The notes beneath the pieces were generated by a model. The model was given only the letters and a program-made list of their open reading frames with translations. It had not been told where the DNA came from and ran no database searches. Positions 57,750 to 64,000 of a stretch of DNA of 64,000 nt are shown here, piece after piece. How positions within the stretch are numbered: the stretch's first letter is position 1; each line of letters starts with the position of its first letter. The translations under genes were made by a program, and so were the position numbers. The DNA is from an uncultured archaeon (GTDB lineage: Archaea > Asgardarchaeota > Lokiarchaeia > Sigyniarchaeales > SOKP01): assembly GCA_964632315.1 (NCBI GenBank), contig CAZWEM010000005.1, positions 32,001 to 96,000 of the forward strand, in the 5' to 3' direction.

Positions 57750-57908
57750 ATGATCATGAAAATGGACCTTATAAAATCGAAAAAACCAGAATCTACTATG
57801 GAAGACTTAGCATTATGGCTCCAATCTCACCCAAACGTGCAACTAAAAATAGTTTCTCAATATATAGCTGGGGGTTCTATTTGGACGTCATTGTTTTATG
57901 AGGAATAA
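57750..57908 (+). CDS. Unannotated 52-aa small protein
   Basis: AGGTGA SD at 57737-57742; MIMKMDLIKSKKPESTMEDLALWLQSHPNVQLKIVSQYIAGGSIWTSLFYEE. Confidence 0.65.
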   Translation: MIMKMDLIKSKKPESTMEDLALWLQSHPNVQLKIVSQYIAGGSIWTSLFYEE

Positions 57909-58063
57909 CAATTCTTTTATTTATCATTGATTCTTAGATTAATAGGAAGAGAACTATGTGTAAAAGAGATTCATTTACTCTCTCGAAATGATTAATTCCA
58001 TAAACTTAATTAGTATTTCGTTATTTTAGGATATATTTTAGCAATTACATTTATATATCAACC

Positions 58064-59287
58064 ATGTCTCAAAAAAGGGTTTACAACCTTCTACAACGTA
58101 AATCTTTTTTATTTTTATTGATTGGAAATCTTTTTTATAGTTTAGGTAATGCCATCTTTACCCTTTGCCTTAATTGGTGGGTTTTAGTCACAACAAAATC
58201 AGAATTTCAATTAGGTATCGTTGGAACGATTAATTTTGTAGCAATGATGGCTTTTGGTATTATATCAGGCATTCTTGTGGATACTTTTCATCGTAAAAAA
58301 ATCATTTTTATATCAATTATGTTTAGAGGATTGTTCATTATGATTTTTCCATTATTAGGAATGAGTGGAATACTTCAATTATGGATGGTATATCTAATTG
58401 CTTTTGCTCAATATACGACCTTTCCCTTTTTGGTGAATGGAGTTACTGCTATTATGCCCCAATTTATTGAAGAAGAATACATGATGCCTGCGAATGCATT
58501 AATAGATACATCTTTCTGGTTCTCAAATACCATTGGATTCCTTTCAAGTGGTATCTTAATCAATTTTTTTGGCATATATCCATTAATTTTCGTTAGTAGC
58601 TTTATGTTCTTTATTAGCCCTTTCTTTTTTCTAAAGATCCCTTACTCATTTGAGAAAAGCATTATTCCCACATCAATACCTAACTTTTTCATTGATATCA
58701 AGGACGGTTTTCGCTCAATGTTTAATGATAAAGTCTTGCTTATTGTAATAACCACTTGGACAGGATTAATCACGCTTTTTTCAATGGGACCAACTAATAT
58801 TGGATGGCCCGTGTTTTCCGAAGAAATTTTACATGCTGGTGAAATAGGATATGGTTTGCTAGTCGCTGTTTCATCCCTTAGTGCAATGATTGGAAGTATA
58901 ATTATGAGTATTTGGGGTCAGAAGTTTAAAATGGGTAAAATATACCTAATGGGATTAATCCTTGGAGGATCTGGAATGATTTTATTTAGTTTCACTTCCA
59001 TATTATCACTTTCACTTTTAGTGCTATTCATCACGTATTTTTTTTATCCAATGCTAAATGTTCCATATTGGACAGCTCTCCAAAATAGAGTGCCAGAAAA
59101 AGAATTAGGAAAGGTTTCAGGAGCATCATTTACAATTAATATGGGATTGAGCCCTATATCAACTTTCTTCACTGGACTTTTAATGCAAAATGTATCTATA
59201 ATATTACCATTTGTCCTAAGTGGTTTTTCATTTTACATTAGTTTCCTAATTGCTTTCTCTAATAAAGATTTAAGAAATTTGTATTAA
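58064..59287 (+). CDS. MFS transporter (macrolide-efflux/DHA3-like)
   Basis: SGILVDTFHRKK, LQNRVPEKELGKV, about 12 TM segments. Confidence 0.88.
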   Translation: MSQKRVYNLLQRKSFLFLLIGNLFYSLGNAIFTLCLNWWVLVTTKSEFQLGIVGTINFVAMMAFGIISGILVDTFHRKKIIFISIMFRGLFIMIFPLLGMSGILQLWMVYLIAFAQYTTFPFLVNGVTAIMPQFIEEEYMMPANALIDTSFWFSNTIGFLSSGILINFFGIYPLIFVSSFMFFISPFFFLKIPYSFEKSIIPTSIPNFFIDIKDGFRSMFNDKVLLIVITTWTGLITLFSMGPTNIGWPVFSEEILHAGEIGYGLLVAVSSLSAMIGSIIMSIWGQKFKMGKIYLMGLILGGSGMILFSFTSILSLSLLVLFITYFFYPMLNVPYWTALQNRVPEKELGKVSGASFTINMGLSPISTFFTGLLMQNVSIILPFVLSGFSFYISFLIAFSNKDLRNLY

Positions 59288-59331
59288 TTTTTCTTAAGAA
59301 ATTTTGAAACATTAAGAAAGAACAAAATTTG

Positions 59332-60549
59332 TTATCTAAGTAGAGCGAGCGAAATTAATTCTATTAAATCTACCATTTTGATTTGAGAGTTTGAAGATTC
59401 GATGCCATCATCGAGGTTTCTAAAACAAAATGGACACATACTAACCAAGTATTCTGCACCGGTTTCTTCTGCCTCCTTAACTCTAGTTTTAGCAATTTCT
59501 AATGCCAACTCAGGAAATCCTTTTTTTACTCCGCCTCCAGCCCCACAGCATTTGGCATTTTCCTTTATAGTTTTCATCTCCACAAAATTCGATATTTGAG
59601 AAAGTAGTCGTCGGGGTTGTTCATAAAGTGGAGGGGATCCCCCATTCCTCCCAGTATGACAAGGATCATGGTAAGTGGTTTTAATTCCTAAATTTTTAAG
59701 CTCTATTCCTTTTTCCTTTAGATATTTATCTAAAAATTCAATTGTATGCAATACTTCGATGTTTAAATCCTCCAAATAGTCTTTATAATCAACTTTTAAT
59801 GTCCTATAACAACCTGCACAGCTAGTAATGATCTTTTGAATACCACTCCTCTTAAATAACCCGTAGTTTTTCGTAGCAACTGTATCAAATGCTTTCAGAT
59901 TGCCAGTTCGTTTACTCACGCTTCCACAACAGATTTCTTGCTTTCCAAATAAGGAAAAATCAATGTTTAATTGATGTAGTACATTTGCAGTCTGAATGGC
60001 AACTGACTTTATTTCAGGAGTTAATGCCGCTGTACAACCTACGAAATACAAAATATCTGCTTTCTCTTCAGCAGCATCTTTTACATGAAAATCCAGCTCT
60101 TCAATCCAATTTTGTTTTTGTGCATTGTCTCTTTGGTATGGATTTAACAAATCAATGACAGCTTGATTCATTGGAATATGAGTCTCAAGACCATAACCAG
60201 CATCTATCAATTCTGCTCTTAAAGCTTCGTAAATGAGAGCATTATCAATATCATAGGCACAAACTTCAGAGCAAGAATTGCACGTGGGACATTGGAATAT
60301 TACATCTGCCATTTCCTTTGAAAATGTTAATTTATTTTGAATTACTGAACGAATAATTTGCATCTTACCTCTTCCAAAATAAGGTTCAAAACCAGGAGTA
60401 TGATCTTTGACAACACAGACTCCCCATCTTTGAGGATCAGAAGAATAATCGGTTGCATCACGACAATCACCACAGTTAATGCATTGTAATAAACTTGGAC
60501 CAATCTTTTTAAGATGCCTATATCTTTCCTGCATATCAGGACTTTGCAT
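59332..60549 (-). CDS. HdrD/GlcF-like Fe-S oxidoreductase subunit
   Basis: CINCGDC, CPTCNSC...C, two CCG domains (CCGS, CAGC, HDPC, CCGAGGG, CPFC). Confidence 0.9.
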   Translation of the reverse strand: MQSPDMQERYRHLKKIGPSLLQCINCGDCRDATDYSSDPQRWGVCVVKDHTPGFEPYFGRGKMQIIRSVIQNKLTFSKEMADVIFQCPTCNSCSEVCAYDIDNALIYEALRAELIDAGYGLETHIPMNQAVIDLLNPYQRDNAQKQNWIEELDFHVKDAAEEKADILYFVGCTAALTPEIKSVAIQTANVLHQLNIDFSLFGKQEICCGSVSKRTGNLKAFDTVATKNYGLFKRSGIQKIITSCAGCYRTLKVDYKDYLEDLNIEVLHTIEFLDKYLKEKGIELKNLGIKTTYHDPCHTGRNGGSPPLYEQPRRLLSQISNFVEMKTIKENAKCCGAGGGVKKGFPELALEIAKTRVKEAEETGAEYLVSMCPFCFRNLDDGIESSNSQIKMVDLIELISLALLR

Positions 60550-62081
60550 TATTCTTCCTCCTCGTTTATTATATGATCTGCCATATCATCATCAAATGAA
60601 TACATGTGGAATTTTTTTGGGCTCAATAGAAAATTTGGATCAACAGATTTCTTTACATTCTTAAAGAATCTTATAAAATCAGGAGTGTAAGCATCCGCTT
60701 CAACAATCGATTGTGAAATAGCTTCTCCAAGCCAATAATGCACCCCACCATATTTTACTTGCATTCTCAATTTTTTATGCCACATTTTCATTGATGCTTC
60801 ACGCTGTTCGTCAACATTGTCAGCATTAAATCCACCTACAATCACACAATTTCCATTAGGAAGTAGGAATATGACAGTTGCGAATAAGGAAATGCTTCCT
60901 TTTGGGAATCCATCTTTATTTATGATATCAAAATTGCTACTTATCTCCGCAACTTGTTGGATCTTATTAATCGGCACCTTATGGCACGTCGTGCAAGAAA
61001 TTTTAGGTGGAGCAATAGAGATGTACTTATTGAAATAATTATAGGCATATTTAAGATTGAATCTCCAATCTTTTGAAAGGGTTGCATCAAGGTCTATTTC
61101 TTGCCATTCAAAGACTCTTGCATCATCCTTCATTATGTCATCAACTCTTTCTACATATTTCTTTAAAATATCTTTATCAACTGCTTCTAATAAAATTGAG
61201 AAGATTGGTCCTTTAAGTCGTATTCTTTTTTTAGGCTTGTTTTCCACCATTGAAGCTAATAATTGTGCTGTAATAAGAGGTACAACTAATACGTCGTGCA
61301 ATCCATCACGAACTTCCTTTCTTAAGCGATACATCAATTCAGATACTTTATTATAATCATTTTTATGCAGGACGAAATATTTCTGAGCTTTAAATGGTGT
61401 TTCAGGGAAGAGTTTCAGATAAGCTTTTGTTTTAATACCCATAGTCCCTACATCCCCCATAAAAAGTCCCGTAAAATCGGGAGCTACTCCATATCGACAA
61501 AATGGTTCTGCGTATTTGTTAGCAGCAGCACCAGTTCTAATAATTGTACCTTGAGGGTCTGGAAGTACTACCTCTACACCTAAACAGATATCTGGAACTA
61601 CTCCGTACTTCGTTGAACCAAAACCAGCGGTACTATTTGATAGCCCCCCTCCAATTGTAGCGGAGAAACCACTACCTGGTCCTAATACTCCTGTGGTGAG
61701 TCCTTTTTCGTGTAAATTGGAAACAAGCGCACCCCACGTTATCCCACATTCCACTACACAATAGAAATCTTGATCGTTAATTTCTAAGATATGATTCATG
61801 CGGGTTAAGTCAATTAAAATTCCTCCTTCAGAAACTGATCCACCAACGAGATCTGCTCCACCACCACGTGGCACAATTGGAATTTTATATTTATTAGCAG
61901 TTTTTATTATTTGAGATACTTCCTCAGTGGTAGATGGTCTAACTATTAAGTCTGCCCATCTATCTGGAAATGCGGGATCAACATTTCTTGAATATGCTGC
62001 CTTCATGAAATCCTTATCTGTAATATAATCTGGTCCGATTATAGCTTCGATTTCTTTATATAGTTGTTTAATAGTAGACAT
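60549..62081 (-). CDS. FAD-linked oxidase (GlcD/D-lactate dehydrogenase family)
   Basis: PRGGG, ATIGG, KYG, GTMGI.T, DP...L.P; 1-bp overlap with Fe-S partner. Confidence 0.88.
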   Translation of the reverse strand: MSTIKQLYKEIEAIIGPDYITDKDFMKAAYSRNVDPAFPDRWADLIVRPSTTEEVSQIIKTANKYKIPIVPRGGGADLVGGSVSEGGILIDLTRMNHILEINDQDFYCVVECGITWGALVSNLHEKGLTTGVLGPGSGFSATIGGGLSNSTAGFGSTKYGVVPDICLGVEVVLPDPQGTIIRTGAAANKYAEPFCRYGVAPDFTGLFMGDVGTMGIKTKAYLKLFPETPFKAQKYFVLHKNDYNKVSELMYRLRKEVRDGLHDVLVVPLITAQLLASMVENKPKKRIRLKGPIFSILLEAVDKDILKKYVERVDDIMKDDARVFEWQEIDLDATLSKDWRFNLKYAYNYFNKYISIAPPKISCTTCHKVPINKIQQVAEISSNFDIINKDGFPKGSISLFATVIFLLPNGNCVIVGGFNADNVDEQREASMKMWHKKLRMQVKYGGVHYWLGEAISQSIVEADAYTPDFIRFFKNVKKSVDPNFLLSPKKFHMYSFDDDMADHIINEEEE

Positions 62082-62196
62082 TCTCTATTCACGTTTTATT
62101 TGATAGTAATATGTAAACCATGTGAATTAATAAAGCTTAATAAGAGGAAAAAAAGCATATTATATTATTACAATCTCAAAATAAAGTCGTGATTTT

Positions 62197-62994
62197 ATGG
62201 GTTTTTTTAAAACACCAGAAGAATTATTAAAGTTAAAGCGAGAGTCTTTTGACTTTTACGATGCTGAATTTTTATCCACTTATTGGGAAACTAAACCAGA
62301 AATTGTCAAAAAACTTCTGCCTCCGCCACTTAAACCAGCAAGACATCCAGTAGCTTGTGCTTTTATTGCAAAATATCCTAAGACGAATTTTGGAATAAGG
62401 TATCATGAGGGAGCCTTATTCTTATTTGCAGAATATGGAGGAATTACGGGAATGTTTTGTCTTGCGATGCCAGTAGATAATGATATGGCCATGATTGGTG
62501 GTCGTGAAGTATTTGGTTATCCAAAAAAAATGTCTAATATTCAGTTTGAAAAAAAAGACAAGAGTTTTAAGGGTTCAGTGGAGCGCCTTGGAATTAAATA
62601 TGTCGAGGTTCAAGCAGAACTGAACAATAAACCAAATGCGAAAGATTTTCTCAAGATAGGGATGGATTTAGGATTGAATCCTACTAAACCTGGGAGCATC
62701 ACTTATAATTACAAGTACTTTCCATCTCCAAAATATGAGGGTTTCGATTATAATCCTCGCTTGATCAGGGAGGAGATAACAATGCAATCAAGTGAATTAG
62801 CATTGGGAGAAGTTAATATCAAGCTAAATCCTTCTGAAGATGACCCTTGGTATGAAATTGAAATCGAAAGGTTATTAGGCTGTCTCTATATAAAAACAAA
62901 CAGTCAAATGCAACCAGGGGACGTTGTAGCAGAGATTGATTCTAAACAATTTGAACCCTATACGTATATGAAATTAGACAGATATGAAAAGTAG
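62197..62994 (+). CDS. Acetoacetate decarboxylase family protein
   Basis: LLPPPL, Y.E, GREVFGYPKK. Confidence 0.88.
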   Translation: MGFFKTPEELLKLKRESFDFYDAEFLSTYWETKPEIVKKLLPPPLKPARHPVACAFIAKYPKTNFGIRYHEGALFLFAEYGGITGMFCLAMPVDNDMAMIGGREVFGYPKKMSNIQFEKKDKSFKGSVERLGIKYVEVQAELNNKPNAKDFLKIGMDLGLNPTKPGSITYNYKYFPSPKYEGFDYNPRLIREEITMQSSELALGEVNIKLNPSEDDPWYEIEIERLLGCLYIKTNSQMQPGDVVAEIDSKQFEPYTYMKLDRYEK

Positions 62995-63125
62995 AATGGA
63001 CTTTAAACTAAAAGTAAATGGGGGGTTATTTTCACTTTTTTTTCAATCTTTTTTTTTATAAAAAAAATTAATTGGAGGATAATCTTATTGTTTAAGAATA
63101 AAACTCAATTTCAATATGTCTTCAA

Positions 63126-63467
63126 TTATAACCATGAAGCAATGATCGGATTATCTACTAATAAATCAACCAATTGATCATAATCGATAAGAACTATTCT
63201 TTCAAAAACGTCATTGGGATCTAACCCTCGAGCAAGAAGATCTGGTTTTAGGGCAAAAAAGCTAACTGGTAATTCAATAAGCTGTAGTAAAAAATCAGGT
63301 GTGTTTTCATTCTTAGATATACCAATAACCCCATCATGGAGAAGCACTAAATTTAACTCAGCACCTAAATCGAGTTCTTTTTTTATTAAGTTTAAGACTA
63401 AATTTGACTTAATAGGATTTCTCGTATTAAAACCATACAAATATAATATTTTCTTCATCATAATCAC
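63126..63467 (-). CDS. DsrH/TusB-like sulfur relay protein
   Basis: LLHDGV, DLLARGL, IDYDQLVDL. Confidence 0.82.
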   Translation of the reverse strand: MIMMKKILYLYGFNTRNPIKSNLVLNLIKKELDLGAELNLVLLHDGVIGISKNENTPDFLLQLIELPVSFFALKPDLLARGLDPNDVFERIVLIDYDQLVDLLVDNPIIASWL

Positions 63468-63471
63468 CTAA

Positions 63472-63840
63472 TTAATAGTTGTAAATAGTATCAGCTTCAA
63501 GGATAATTTCAGCTAATTCCTTGACATTGATCACATGAATATTGTCATAATCAAGTAAATCTGCTTTTGCTATTGCTAGATTTTTCATTGCGTTATCTAA
63601 GGCATAGACCTCTATGTCAGCTAACTCTAACATCCTGAATATGTTGGAATTTTCATCCATATTTACTGCTTTTGGATTATAATTTTTACTCAATAAAAGA
63701 ACAGAATCGCCAATTAGCACGATTTTCACACTATTAAGATCACCAACAGCACTTATTCCAGCTCCCATTCTTATTGATTCTAAAGCAGAATTCTTCCCGA
63801 TCGGTGAATTTTCACAAATTATAATTATATTCTTCACCAA
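63472..63840 (-). CDS. DsrF/TusC-like sulfur relay protein
   Basis: SPIG....ESIRMG, VLIGDSV, EADTIYNY; start likely TTG 63840 or GTG 63837 after GGGGTG SD. Confidence 0.75.
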   Translation of the reverse strand: MVKNIIIICENSPIGKNSALESIRMGAGISAVGDLNSVKIVLIGDSVLLLSKNYNPKAVNMDENSNIFRMLELADIEVYALDNAMKNLAIAKADLLDYDNIHVINVKELAEIILEADTIYNY

Positions 63841-63844
63841 GATC

Positions 63845-64000
63845 TTACACCCCCGAACCAAATACTACTACTCTATCGGATTGAGCCATGTAATAAGATA
63901 ATCTTCCTAAACCTTCTTGATTCAATCCTTCAACAAATTCATCTTGTTTAATTCCGGTAATACTTATCCACGTACTACAAGCAGTTAGGTTGATTTTATT
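63845..64000 (-). CDS. 3' part of DsrE/TusD-like protein (truncated by window edge)
   Basis: Manual translation NKINLTACSTWISITGIKQDEFVEGLNQEGLGRLSYYMAQSDRVVVFGSGV*; GLG.L.....SDRVV.F is typical of DsrE/TusD. Confidence 0.78.
   Translation of the reverse strand, partial: NKINLTACSTWISITGIKQDEFVEGLNQEGLGRLSYYMAQSDRVVVFGSGV

Noticed and set aside
2329-63471. Many short antisense or alternate-frame ORFs (e.g. 3339, 4157, 11741, 31812, 39813, 56567, 61057)
   Set aside because: Shadows of well-supported genes, no motifs
1-64000. Mobile elements, integrase at the tRNA, defence systems
   Set aside because: No transposase, integrase, cas or restriction-modification motifs noticed, and no duplicated tRNA 3' end seen

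Overview
AT-rich archaeal chromosome segment, very likely an Asgard archaeon of Lokiarchaeia/Promethearchaeia type. This is inferred from an archaeal histone, an Sm protein, a ThiD-ThiN fusion, a tungsten AOR, an intron-containing tRNA and many eukaryotic-signature domains (longin, roadblock, Ras/Rab-like GTPases, RING-H2). About 55 protein genes, mostly metabolic or transport. No CRISPR array, rRNA or mobile element is evident. Most notable: (1) 8.6-13.1 kb, adjacent genes for a longin protein, a BBS2/ITFG2-like beta-propeller with winged helices, and a cytoplasmic protein resembling the mu-homology domain of AP/COPI adaptors plus Ig-like domains, a candidate proto-adaptor/coat module; (2) 33-37 kb, two tandem roadblock + Rab-like GTPase + pseudo-GTPase paralogs, both with Ala at the normally invariant G3 glycine, divergent from a RING-H2/TPR gene; (3) tRNA-Arg(CCT) with two introns; (4) probable non-AUG (ACG, CTG) starts in one in-frame operon; (5) five tandem RimJ/RimL GNATs, a diglycine-less MoaD-like protein, several gene remnants and an unannotated 52-aa ORF. 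All assignments are by eye from motifs; no searches were run.
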